Positions 12,101 through 23,489 of a DNA stretch of 64,000 nt are shown here, in pieces. The translations under genes and the position numbers were made by a program. This stretch comes from Hemiscyllium ocellatum (Eukaryota), in assembly GCF_020745735.1 (NCBI RefSeq), contig NC_083435.1, positions 35,632,121 to 35,696,120 of the forward strand. Reading direction: 5' to 3'. Position 1 is the stretch's first letter. Every line of letters starts with the position of its first letter. The notes under the pieces were generated by a model, which was not told where the DNA came from, ran no database searches, and saw only the letters and a program-made list of their open reading frames with translations.

Positions 12101-15100
12101 TTTTCACACCTTTTCTTTATCTGTCGCTATATTGCTCAACACCCACATTTCCACCCGGGCGATTTTGAGGAAGGGAATTCCAAAGACACACAACCCTCCA
12201 AGAGAAACATTTTTCCCTCATATCTGGCAAAATAGCTGACCCCTCATTTTTAAACTCTGGCTCCCTGGTGCAAGATTCAGACCTTTCTGAGCTTTCGCAT
12301 GTGTCTGATCACGACGGCTCCATATGTGATGGCAGTGCCTTCAATGGCACATGGACCCAAACTCTGGAACCCCTTCCCTCTCCTGCCCTGCCTCTCCACC
12401 TCACTTTCCTGGCTTTAAGATGCCTCTTCCAAACGACGCGTTGACGAAGGTGTGGTGACTCGGTGTCAGGTTTTGTTTGCTGTCCCCTTTTCCTGTGAAA
12501 CATGGTGGCTCAGTGGGTAGCACTGACAGCACCAGGGGCCTGGGTTCGATTCCAGCCGGGGTGGGGGTGAGTGGGGGTGACTGCCTCTGTGGTGTTTGCA
12601 CGATCACATCCCTGCCCCAACCGTGTATGTGTGGGTTCCCTCCCACAGTCCAAAGATGTGCTGGTGAAACGGATTGGCCAGGCGAAATTGCCCAGAGTGT
12701 CCAGGGATGTGCAGGCGAGGTGGGGGTTAGGCACAGGACATGTGGGGTTCTGGGAATATGTTGGGGGGGGGTGGGGGGAAGATGCTCTTTGAAGGATCAG
12801 TGCAGACTTGATGGGCTGAATGACCTGTCGGGATTCTATCAGCACCTTGGGACACTCCAATACATTAAAGACAGTTATTAGACTTTGGAATTTAATGTGG
12901 ACTTTGTGCACCTCCTCTTCAGTCTTCACACTATTTCTTGGCTGTCCTCTATGACCTTTACGCAGTTTTATGAGGTATGGTCTGCATGTACTGCACGCAA
13001 AACAAAACTTTTCATTGTACACGTGACAATAATAAATCCAATCCAATCAAATTAAAGGTGTTACACAAATACAAGTTGGCGTTGTCATTTTTCCTTTTTC
13101 AAATCTGTAACTGGAGGGGTGCGGATCCCTCTCTCACTGCCCCCCCTCCTCAGCAATGAACCCATGATCTATTCATGCCAACCGCGTTCTGTTTGAGCAG
13201 AGAGTAGGTCCAACGTGACGCACCGAACATGGTGACAAACGGAGCGATTTTCCTGAAGACATGCGTTTGGATTGTATCAGCCAGCCTGGTCTGCTCCAGC
13301 CAGTACACCTCCGGGACCCCGGCGGCCATCCACTGCTGCCTGGGTTCGGTCCGCTTGAGGGAGCTGTCATAGTACTCGGTCGGAAGGTCATCCAGCATGC
13401 CGAGCACCGAGAGATCTGGCAGCTCCGGGAGTTGGTAGTTACAGAGGAAGCGGTACTGCAAGGTGTGAGAGTCTGAGGAAAGGCCACACACAAGGATGGT
13501 GAATGAGCGAGCTCCCACGCACACCTCGCTGCCGGCCTCACCCACCCCATCTGCCTTTCACCCTCCAGGAGAAACTAACGCTCAGGCAATCGGAGCCGGA
13601 GAGGGCCATCCTGCCCATCGAGTCTATCCCCTTGTGCAACGTGGCCATGGCTGATCTGTCACCCCATCCCCATATTATCCCTCACTCCCAGTGCCTTTGA
13701 TTCCTTGACAGCTCAAAACTCTGTCTGTCCCAGGGCTCAAAGTGCATTCACACCTGTCTGGGCTAGCGAATTGCAAAACTTCACTGCCCCCTCTGAATGA
13801 GGATGTCTCTCCCCATCTCGGTCCGAAACGATCAACCTCCTTAGCCTGGTCTGTGTGTTTTACACTCCCCAGGCATGAGGAGGCACGCTCTCAGTATTAC
13901 CTTGTCAAAGTTATTTTAGAATCTTGACAGTACCTCTAATTCTTCAAAACCACAGGGAATATGGTCCCAATTGACTCAGTTGACCATAGGACATCCCTCT
14001 GGGATCATCCTTGTGATGAGGCCTACGTATGTGCCTTAGACAGGGAGACTATAGGAGCTGACTGTATTCCAGTCACGGTCTCACCAAATGCCTATAATCG
14101 TCGCTCCAGCTGAAACAGGAGAGTGAAGGGTGGCTGGGGGCTGCAGTTTGGGGGTCACAGTTCCAAATACCTGCCCCCCACCCTTCCCAAAGACGTTCAG
14201 GATGTGGGAAGAGGGACCTGTCTGGTTATTGGTTGAAATTAAACTTGAAGCCCCTGGGTGTCTGCAGAAACGCCTGGGGGTGGGTTGGGGAAGGAAGACA
14301 GAATTTGGAGTGGCCACTGCAACACCCCCCACCCCACCCTGTCACCAGCTTCCCCCAACACACAGACACACACACACACAGACACACACACAGAGACACA
14401 CACACACACACACAGACACACAGACACACACACACAAAGACATCATCCTCAAGCAAACAGGTTAAAGGCTCTCGAGACACTGTCACCCCTCCAAAAAACA
14501 GGCTGGAGGTTAGGCCCTTGGGGTGAAAGCATATTGAAGGAGCCGGCCTTGGGTGAAACCTGGAGGGCAGCTTAATGGTGCATGGGAGAGGCCTGAGTTA
14601 GAGGCCTTTGACTTGGTAGCTAGGCCTGAGTATTTGACCCAAGGCCTGTGGAATCCAGATGTGTGAATCGTGGGAGTTTAAACCTGTGAGCTTTATGACT
14701 GAGATGTCAGCGTTTCCAAACTATATTATGCTTCTTTCCCGAAACTTCCGGACATTCCGAACTGCTTTCTCGGGAACGTGAAGTGGCTTCACTGGTGTAA
14801 CATTGGGGAAAGGTAAGCAAATTCCTTGCACCAAACTCCCAAGTCAGCAGTGAGATAGAAAACAGGCCAATCATATGGAAAAGCAACAAGGCGCAGTAAA
14901 ATCACAGAGGGGTACTCTCTCATGAGACAGGCAATTGGCAGTGGTTTCACCCCAGGGTCATCAGGCCTCAGGCCGGGGATGAGATTAAGCAGAAGTGACC
15001 GCAGTAGTGGAGGGGTTTTAATGTGGTATTGCAAAGCCAGCCACTTCGTCCACTGAATGAAGCAGCCCCATGACCTGTTCTTAATATCTGGAGAAATGAA

Positions 15101-18100
15101 AGGAGCCCCTCATTTCTGCAGCGAGTCTGTTATTCAGAGCCAGCCCAGAATTGCCCAGTTAATAACGGAGTCCAATGCATACCCAGTCAACAGGAAGCAG
15201 GAGGCTGCATGACTTCAGGAGAAACAGGAGATGTAGTAAGAGACAAAAATACTACTATGTCCTGAAATATGCCAAACTCTGCTGAGGTAGCCATAAGGAC
15301 ACCACTCTCACTTCCCCATTGGTCATTACATCATTCTCCACAATACCAGCATCAGCTTGAAGAGGGGCCTGGGTCAATGACAGCAGCTTCCAGTCAGAGC
15401 TGAGGGTAATGCTGAAGGTGGAGATACAGGAAGAGCAGTGCCCTCCCTCAATAGTCAATGTCCTGTGAAAGCCAGCACCTGCCCAAGTCACCATTCCCAG
15501 TCTGTGCCCAGTATGGAGTGTATCCTGTACAATGGAAGCTGTTCACACATTTACATTACCCACAGCTGACCACCTCCCTGTGCCTTCAGTCTTCAGCAAC
15601 TCATTCCAAACTCCTCCAGTCTTAACACGTCACACTTCATTCCCCTTAATCCTGTTCATTTCACTCCTTCACCCAAACATGATTCTTCATTTCTCAGACA
15701 GGTATTCATGCTGCAGGACTGGCTCTCTGACAGGGGTCGCTTCCTCAAATACTGACCCTCTGACAGTGTGGCACTCCCACAGTACTGCTCATCTGACAGT
15801 GCGGCACTCCCTCAGTACTGACCCTCTGACAGTGTGGCACTCCCTCAGTACTGACCTTCTGACAGTGCGACAGTCTCTCAGTACTGACCCCCTGACAGTG
15901 CAGCACTCTCTCAGTACTGACCCTCTGACAGTTACGCACTCCCTCAGTACTGACCCTCTGACAGTGCGGCACTCCCTCAGTACTGACCCTCTGACAGTGC
16001 GACACTCCCTCAGTACTGACCCTCTGACAGTGCAGCACTCCCTCAGCACTGACCCTCTGACAGTGCGACACTCCCTCAGTACTGACCCTCTGACAGTGCA
16101 GCACTCCCTCAGCACTGACCCTCTGACAGTGCAGCACTCTCTCAGTACTGACCCTCTGACAGTGCAGCACTCCCTCAGCACTGACCCTCTGACAGTGCGA
16201 CACTCCCTCAGTACTGACCCTCTGACAGTGCAGCACTCCCTCAGTACTGACACTCCAACAGTGCAGCTCTCCCTCAGTACTGACCCCCTGATGATGTGGC
16301 ACTCCCTCAATACTGACCTGTGACAGTGCGGCACTCCCTCAGTACTGTCCCTCTGACAGTGCGGCACTCCCTCAGTACTGTCCCTCTGACAGTGTGACAC
16401 TCCCTTGATATTGACCCTCTGACTGTGCGGCACTCCCTCAGTATTCACCCTGTAACAGTGCGACACACGCTCTGTACTGACCCTCTAATAGAGTGGTGCT
16501 ACCTCAGTACTGACCCTCTGACAGTGCGGCACACCCTCAGTACTGATCCGCTGACAGTGTGGCACTCCCTCAGTCGTGACCCTCTGACAGTGTGCACTCC
16601 CTCAGTACTGACCCTCTGACAGTGGGTCACTCCCTCAGTACTGACCCTGTGACTGTGTGGCACTCGCTCCGTACTGACCCTCTGACAGTGCGGCACACCC
16701 TCAGTACTGACCGTGTGACAGTGCGGCACTCCCTCAGTACTGACCGTGTGACAGTGCGGCACTCCCTCAGTACTGTCTCTGACAGTGTGGCATTCTCTCA
16801 GTACTGACCTCTGACAGTGTGACACTACCTCAGTTCTGACCCTCTGACAGTTACTGTCCCTTTGACGGAGCGGCACTACTTTACTACGGACCCTTTGACA
16901 GTGTAACACTGCCTCGATACTGACCCTCCGACTGTGCGGCACTCTCTCAGTACTGACCCTCCAACAGTGCAGCACTCCATCAGTATTGACCCTCTGACAG
17001 TGCGCACTCTCTCAGTACTGGCCCTCCGACAATGCGGCACACTCTCAGTACTGACCCTTTAACAGTGTGGCTCTCCATCAGAACTGGCCGTCCGACAGTG
17101 CAGCACTCCCTCAGTACTGACGCTCCGACAGTGTGGCACTCCCTCAGTACTGACGCTCCGATAGTGTGGCACTCCCTCAGTACTGACCCTCTGACAGTGC
17201 GGCACTCCCCCAGTACTGACGCTCCAACAGTGTGGCACTCCTTCAGTACTGACCCTCTGACAGTTACGCACTCCCTCAGCACTGACCCTCTGACAGTGCG
17301 ACACTCCCTCGGTACTGATCCTCTGACAGTGCGGCACACCCTCAGTACTGACCCTCAGACAGTGCGGCACTCCCTCAGTACTGACCCTCTGACAGTGCAG
17401 CACTCCCTCAGCACTGACCCTCTGACAGTGCGACACTCCCTCAGTACTGACCCTCTGACAGTGCAGCACTCCCTCAGTATTGACCCTCTGACAGTGCGGC
17501 ACTCCCTCAGTACTGACCCTTTGACAGTTACTGTCCCTCTGACAGTGTGACGCTCCCTTGATACTGACCCTCCGACTGTGCGGCACTCCCTCAGTATTCA
17601 CCCTGTGACAGTGCGACACACGCTCTGTACTGACCCTCTAACAGAGTTGCACACCCTCAGTACTGACCCTCTGACAGTGCGGCACACCCTCAGTACTGAC
17701 GCTGTGACTGTGTGGCACTTGCTCCGTACTGACACTCCGATAGTGCAACATGCCCTCAGGACAGACCGTGTGACAGTTTAGCATTCCCTCAGTACTGACC
17801 CTCTGACTGTGCGGCAGACACTCAGTTATGACCTTCTGACAATGTGGCACTCCCTCAATACTGGCTCTTTGCAGCATTCTCTCAGTACTGACCTTCCGAC
17901 AGTGCAGCACTCCCTTAGTACTGACCCTCTGACAGTGCGGCACTCCCTCAGTACTGACCCTCAGACAGTGCGGCACTCCCTCAGTACTGACCCTCTGACA
18001 GTGTGGCACTCCCTCAGTACTGACCCTCTGACAGTGCGGCACTCCCTCAGTACTGACCCTCTGACAGTGCGGCACTCCCTCAGAAGTGACAATCTGACAG

Positions 18101-18646
18101 AGCGACACTACGTCAGTACTGACCCTCTGACAGTGCGTTACACCCTCAGTACCGACCCTCTGACTGTGCGGCACTGCGTTAGTACTGACCCTCTGACAGT
18201 ACAGCACTCCCTCAGTACTGACCCTCTGACAGTACGGCATTCCCTCAGTACTGACCCTCTGACAGTGTGGCACTCCCTCAGTACTGACCCTCTGACAGTG
18301 CGGCACTCCCTCAGTACTGACCCTCTGACTCTGTTGTGGGGTCTTGTTTGGATTTATGTGTTTGTACCTTCAGGAGCGCGGCCTTCTGTTTGGCGTAGTT
18401 GCCTGTATCTATCGTATACTTTTGCGATGAACACATGAAAGGGGAGTCAGTCTGCAGCTCATCACCCAATTTCAGACAAGGGCACAGATCCCTCCCTGTC
18501 CGTGTGGGTTAGTGCCCCCTCTCAGCACTGGCTAATGGATTCCCTCCCCAGGAATGGCCATCCTTACCAGCACATCCTCCAGCAGCAGCACAGAGAGACA
18601 GCAGAGTCAAATGGAGAAACCTTCTGTTTGTGGTCCAGCTCTCCAT
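6068..18646 (-). CDS. Gene A: divergent nonclassical MHC class I heavy chain (CD1-like candidate), join complement(6068..6153,9143..9418,10464..10733,13224..13472,18568..18646), 319 aa
   Basis: Five exons join in frame (79+249+270+276+86=960 nt) through phase-1 introns, giving the leader/alpha1/alpha2/alpha3/hydrophobic-tail layout typical of class I. Lineage not determined. Confidence 0.9.
7261..8061. mobile_element. Penelope-like element (Poseidon-type), inverted two-arm insertion
   Basis: GIY-YIG C-terminus (REFPEAWHS..NSIKKHIDLDPIY) on both strands around a junction near 7700; 11-bp direct repeat AATCTTTATAC at 7250-7260 and 8062-8072. Confidence 0.85.
8385..8720 (-). mobile_element. HE1-type SINE
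   Basis: Consensus similarity. Confidence 0.82.
9143..9418 (-). CDS. Gene A exon 4, alpha3 Ig C1-set domain (276 nt)
   Basis: Acceptor ttcctcag, donor G|gtaagg. Motifs LLCLITAFYP, W, LPNHDATY, YSCQVQH.SL. Confidence 0.95.
9600..10400. repeat. 48-bp (2x24) GATC-rich minisatellite in gene A intron 3
   Basis: Unit GATCTGGATCACACTGGGAAATCGGATTTGGATCATAATCAGGATTCT. Confidence 0.93.
10464..10733 (-). CDS. Gene A exon 3, alpha2 domain (90 codons)
   Basis: Acceptor cattcccag, donor AAG|gcaagt (GC type). GIRYIQSVLGCTLENG...KLLNTSCVEGLYTTLRAGKTALQRK contains the C101/C164-equivalent pair. Confidence 0.88.
10925..11390 (+). mobile_element. HE1-type SINE interrupted by a LINE 3' fragment
   Basis: Head 10925-11035, tail 11180-11390. 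Confidence 0.72.
11800..11945 (-). mobile_element. HE1-type SINE fragment
   Basis: Head and V domain. Confidence 0.78.
12500..12830 (+). mobile_element. HE1-type SINE (diverged)
   Basis: A/B boxes and V domain. Confidence 0.78.
13224..13472 (-). CDS. Gene A exon 2, alpha1 domain (83 codons)
   Basis: Acceptor ttcctcag, donor G|gtgcgt. Translation DSHTLQYRFLCNYQLPELPDLSVLGMLDDLPTEYYDSSLKRTEPRQQWMAAGVPEVYWLEQTRLADTIQTHVFRKIAPFVTMF has class I alpha1 motifs (SH.L.Y, G.LDD, YDS, PR..WM, YW..QT). Confidence 0.93.
14361..14436. repeat. (CA/CAGA)n microsatellite
   Basis: Visible directly. Confidence 0.9.
15742..18328 (-). repeat. 33-bp satellite array in gene A intron 1
   Basis: Reverse complement of the same unit, ~2.6 kb. 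Confidence 0.95.
18568..18646 (-). CDS. Gene A exon 1, signal peptide MESWTTNRRFLHLTLLSLCAAAGGCA
   Basis: ATG in strong context (gagaATGG), hydrophobic core, donor G|gtaagg in phase 1 matching the alpha1 exon (G+AC=Asp). A weaker in-frame ATG lies at 18685. Confidence 0.75.
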
Positions 18647-18894
18647 TCTCAACACTGTCAACAGCAATACCAGGCACAGGGACATTCACCAGCAGCTCCA
18701 ACAGGAGAAACACTCACAGCTGGAGCAGACACTACACCAGCAGCTCCACCAGGACAAACACAAGGAGCTGGAACAGAAAACAACGCCAACAGATCCACCA
18801 GAAACAGAACTCTCTGGAGTTACACAGAGAGAGCTGCACTGAGTGTGATATCAGGAGGGGCTGGAGCAGCTGAACTGAAAACCACAGCGAGAGC

Positions 18895-20230
18895 TACACT
18901 GACAACAGCACCACCAGGGAATACCCAGAGAACTGCACTAACACACACACCAGCAGTTCCACAGGGAACTGCACCAGCACACATACCAGCAGTTCCACAG
19001 GGAACTGCACCAGCACACACACCAGCGGTTACACAGAGAAATTGCACCAGCACACACACCAGCAGTTACACTGGGAACTGCACCAACACACACACCAGCA
19101 GTTACACAGGGAACTGCACCAGCACACACACCAGCAGTTACACAGGGAACTGCACCATCACACACACCAGCAGTTACACAGGGAACTACACCAGCACACA
19201 CACCAGCAGTTACACTGGGGACTGCACCAGCACACACACCAGCAGTTACACAGGGAACTGCACCAGCACACACACCAGCAGTTACACTGGGAACTACACC
19301 AGCACACACACACACCAGCATTTACACAGGGAACTGCACCAGCACACACACCAGCAGTTACATAGGGAACTGCACCATCACACACACCAGCAGTTTCAAA
19401 GGGAACTTCACCATCACACACACCAGCAGTTACACAGGGAACTGCACCATCACACACACCAGCAGTTACACTGGGAACTGCACCAGCACACACACCAGCA
19501 GTTACACAGGGAACTGCACCAGCACACACACCAGCAGTTACACTGGGGACTGCACCATCACACACACCAGCAGTTACACAGGGAACTACACCAGCACACA
19601 CACCAGCAGTTACACAGGGAATTACACCAGCACACACCAGCAGTTACACAGGGAACTACACCATCACACACACCAGCAGTTACACAGGAAACTGCACCAT
19701 CACACACACCAGCAGTTACACTGGGAACTGCACCAGCACACACACCAGCAGTTACACAGGGAACTGCACCAACACACACACCAGCAGTTACGCAGGGAAC
19801 TGCACCAGCACACACACCAGCAGTTACACAGGGAACTGCACCAGCAAACAACGAGCAGTTACACTGGGAACTGCACCAGCACACACACCAGCAGTTACAC
19901 AGGGAACTGCACCATCACACACACCAGCAGTTACACAGGGAACTACACCAGCACACACACCAGCAGTTACACAGGGAATTACACCAGCAGTTACACAGGG
20001 AACTACACCATCACACACACCAGCAGTTACACAGGAAACTGCACCAGCACACACACCAGCAGTTACACAGGGAACTGCACCAGCACACACACCAGCAGTT
20101 ACACAGGGAACTACACCAGCACACACACCAGCAGTTACACAGGGAACTGCACCAACACACACACCAGCAGTTACACAGGGAACTGCACCAGCACACACAC
20201 CAGCAGTTACACAGGGAACTGCACCAGCAC
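18895..20230. repeat. 36-bp minisatellite (CACACACACCAGCAGTTACACAGGGAACTGCACCAG)n directly upstream of gene A
   Basis: Tandem 36-nt unit with 34-nt variants. Confidence 0.95.
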
Positions 20231-20593
20231 ATGCAGAGGGCTGTGGAGGCCTGGTCATTGAGTATATTTAAACTGGAGATAGGTGGGTTCTTGACTGTGA
20301 AGGAGATCAAGAGTTACTGGGAGAAAGTGGAAGAATGGTGTTGAGAAATTATCAGCCCGGATTTTATGGTGGAATAGACTCAACGGGATGATTGGCTTAA
20401 CTTCTGCTCTTGTGGTGTATTGTCTTTTGGGCTTATTCCTCTCTTTGTTTTCCTACCATTTTGCAGTCCCCAACAATTGCCTTTAACGTTGATATGGGGG
20501 AAGAAATTGATCAGTTGTTAATTGAATTTATCATAGCTGAAAATGTGTTGCTGGAAAAGCGCAGCAGGTTAGGCAGCATCCAAGGAACAGGAG

Positions 20594-20629
20594 ATTCGAT
20601 GTTTCGGGCATAAGCCCTTCTTCAGGAAT
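20594..20629 (-). ncRNA. Minimal hammerhead ribozyme motif (opposite arm of the same insertion)
   Basis: ATTC-CTGAAGA-A-GGGC TTAT GCCC-GAAA-CA-TC-GAAT. Confidence 0.65.
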
Positions 20630-21800
20630 GAGGAAAGTGTGTCCAGCAGGCTAAGATAAAAGGTAGGGAGGAGGGACTTTGGCGAGGGGCGTTGGAGATG
20701 TGAATGGTGGAAGGAGGTCAAGGTGAGGGTGATAGGCAGGACTGGGGTGGGGGCGGAGAGGTCAGGAAGTAGATTGCAGGTTAGGAAGGCGGTGCTGAGT
20801 TTGAGGGATTTGACTGAGACAAGGTGGGGGGAGGGGAAATGAAGAAATTAGAGAAATCTGAGTTCATCCCTTGTGGTTGGAGGGTTCCTAGTGAGAAGAT
20901 GAGGCGCTCTTCCTCCAACCGTCGTGTTGTTATGGTCTGGCGATGGAGGAGTCCAAGGACCTGCATGTCCTTGGCAGAGTGAGAGGGTGAGTTGAAGTGT
21001 TGAGCCACGGGGCGGTTGGGTTGTTTGGTCCGAGTGTCCCAGAGGTGTTCTCTGAAACATTCTGCAAGTAGGCGGCCTGTCTCCCCAATATAGAGGGGGC
21101 CACATTGGGTACAGTCGATGCAATAAATGATGTGTGTGAAGGTGCAGGTGAATTTGTGGTGGATATCGAAGGATCCCTTGGGGCCTTGGAGAGAAGTAAG
21201 CGGGGGAAGTATGTGTGCAAGTTTTGCATTTCTTGCGGTTGCAGGGGAAGGTGCTGGGAGTGGAGGTTGGGTTGGTGGGGGGTGTGGACCTGACGAGGGA
21301 GTCACGGAGTGAGTGGTCATGGAGAGAGTGGCCTCCTCTATATTGGGGAGACAGGCCGCCTACTTGCAGAACGTTTCAGAGAACACCTCTGGGACACCCG
21401 GACCAACCAACCCAACCACCCCATGGCTCAACACTTCAACTCCCCCTCTCACTCCACCAAGGACATGCAGGTCCTTGGACTCCTCCATCGCCAGACCATA
21501 ACAACACGACGGTTGGAGGAAGAGCGCCTCATCTTTCGCCTGGGAACCCTCCAACCACACGGGATGAACTCAGATTTCTCCAGTTTCTTCATTTCCCCTC
21601 CCCCACCTTGTCTCAGTCAAATCCCTCGAACTCAGCACCGCCCTCCTAACCTGCAATCCTTTTTCTGACCTCTCCGCCCCCACCCCACTCCAGCCTATCA
21701 CCCTCACCTTAACCTCCTTCCACCTATCGCATCTCCAACGCCCCTCCCCCAAGTCCCTCCTCCCTACCTTTTATCTTAGCCTGCTGGACACACTTTCCTC

Positions 21801-21836
21801 ATTCCTGAAGAAGGCCTTTTGCCCGAAACGTCGAAT
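21801..21836 (+). ncRNA. Minimal type I hammerhead ribozyme motif in the Penelope terminus
   Basis: ATTC-CTGAAGA-A-GGCC TTTT GCCC-GAAA-CG-TC-GAAT: core CUGANGA/GAAA/UH, 4-bp stem I, stem II with one mismatch. Confidence 0.7.
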
Positions 21837-22099
21837 CTCCTGCTCCTTGGATGCTGCCTGACCTGCTGCGTTTTTCCAGCAACACATTTTCAGCTCTGAT
21901 CTCCAGCATCTGCAGACCTCACTTTCTCCTCAATTGAATTTATCATATTCATTTCAACTGGGTGAAATCATTTGCAAAATTTATGAATGGCAGGCCAGCT
22001 CAGCCGAGCGGCATGTCCGTCCTGGGATACGTGGGAAGCCATGGGTGCACCATATGTCTCAGATGAACGTGCCGACAGAAGTGTAACCAACTGTAGCAG

Positions 22100-23170
22100 C
22101 TTGAAATCGGAGTTTTGCAAGTGGTGGCTAGACTTACTGCTATGCAGCGTCAGACAGAGAACTATGTGTATAACATGGATAAGGAAGGAGTTACACCACA
22201 TGGCCGTGGAGCGTGGTCAAGTGGAAATCACCCTCAGCAGTATTCAAAATGGAAAACTGATTCGTGGGCAATGTGGAAATTCCCGGATTCGATCTTGTTT
22301 GGATATTGGTGACGGCATTGGTCCCTCAGGAGAGTATGACTGCAGCCCGGTCTGTGGCACCTCTAGGCACGCAGCTAAGTGGGAGAGGCTGAAAAGGTGT
22401 GCGAGAGTGATGATGGTAAAGGATGCCATATTCAGGGGAACAAACCAGCATTTCAGAAGGGGTAAACGTGACTCCAGGATGGTGCGGTCCCTCCCTGTTT
22501 CCAGGGTCAAGAATGTTCCAGAACATCTGCAGGGCATCCTTCTCCTGGATGGTAAACAGCAAAGGTTATGGTCTACATTGGTATCAACGACACCGATTGG
22601 AACAGGGATGAGGTCTTGGAAAGAATATTGTAGAGAGTTCAGGAGGAAATTTTTTTAAAACGAGGAGATTAGGAGCAGTTATCTGACTGATTACCCCCAG
22701 TGTTACAAGCATAGGATTAGAAAGTTGGATTGATGGAACACTTGACTCGAGCATTCGTGTGGGAGGGAGGCAGCAGATATTGGGGTCAGTTCTAGGGCAG
22801 GACGGACATATGCAAACTTCACGAGTTGCACCTTAGCAGGACCAGGACCGTTATTCTGAGAAGGAGATTTGCAATTGCTGAAAAATGTTGTAATCTAATT
22901 CAGGGAACCTGAGGAATAGCGCAAACTGGAAGGAGGCAAAACTGGTAACAGGGAATGAAAAAGTGGCAAGTGAAATTCGAAGGAGGTGATTTGCAGTCCA
23001 GTATCAACTTAGCTTAGATTCTAAAACGACAAGGTTAATGGCTATCTACCTCAGTACATGCAGTCGCAATCAGATAGATGATATAAATGCACAAATAGAG
23101 GTAAGTGTGCATGATCTAATCGCCATTGCGGAAATGTGGCTACGAGATGACAAAAATGGCAACTGAATAT
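22100..23170 (+). mobile_element. CR1 LINE 5' part (ORF1 esterase-like domain and start of endonuclease), degenerate
   Basis: DAIFRGT..F...KRDSRMV..LP..RVK.V.E.LQ.IL, then a YDLIAI.E.WL-like stretch. Confidence 0.75.
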
Positions 23171-23489
23171 TTGAGGACATTTAACATAGAGTTATGGAGT
23201 CTTAGAGCACAGAAACAGACCCTTCGGTCCAACCTGTCCAGGCAGATCATAATCCGAAAATTAAACCAGTTCCACCTGTCTGTACTTGGCCCATATCCCT
23301 CCAAACATTTCTTAACCATGTACATTTCTAAACATCTTTTAAACATTGTAACTGTACCTGCATCCAACACATCATCTGGAAATTCATTCCACATGCAAGC
23401 CCCATGTCTTTTTAAAACCTTTCTCCTCTCACCTTAAGAATATGCCCCGTGATCTTGAAATCCCCATCCTCGGGAAAATCACTCACCTT

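Larger units (their letters stand above)
20536..21931. mobile_element. Penelope-like element (Neptune-type), inverted two-arm insertion
   Basis: IYCIDCTQCGPLYIGETG on the minus arm, LLYIGETG on the plus arm; 16-bp direct repeat AATTGAATTTATCATA at 20520-20535 and 21932-21947. Confidence 0.9.

Noticed and set aside
15255-15494. 79-aa minus-strand ORF in gene A intron 1
   Set aside because: No class I or other recognisable motif and no convincing in-phase splice sites.
18554-20344. 596-aa His/Gln/Thr-rich plus-strand ORF
   Set aside because: Product of the 36-bp array; antisense to the gene A leader exon; no domain or splice support.
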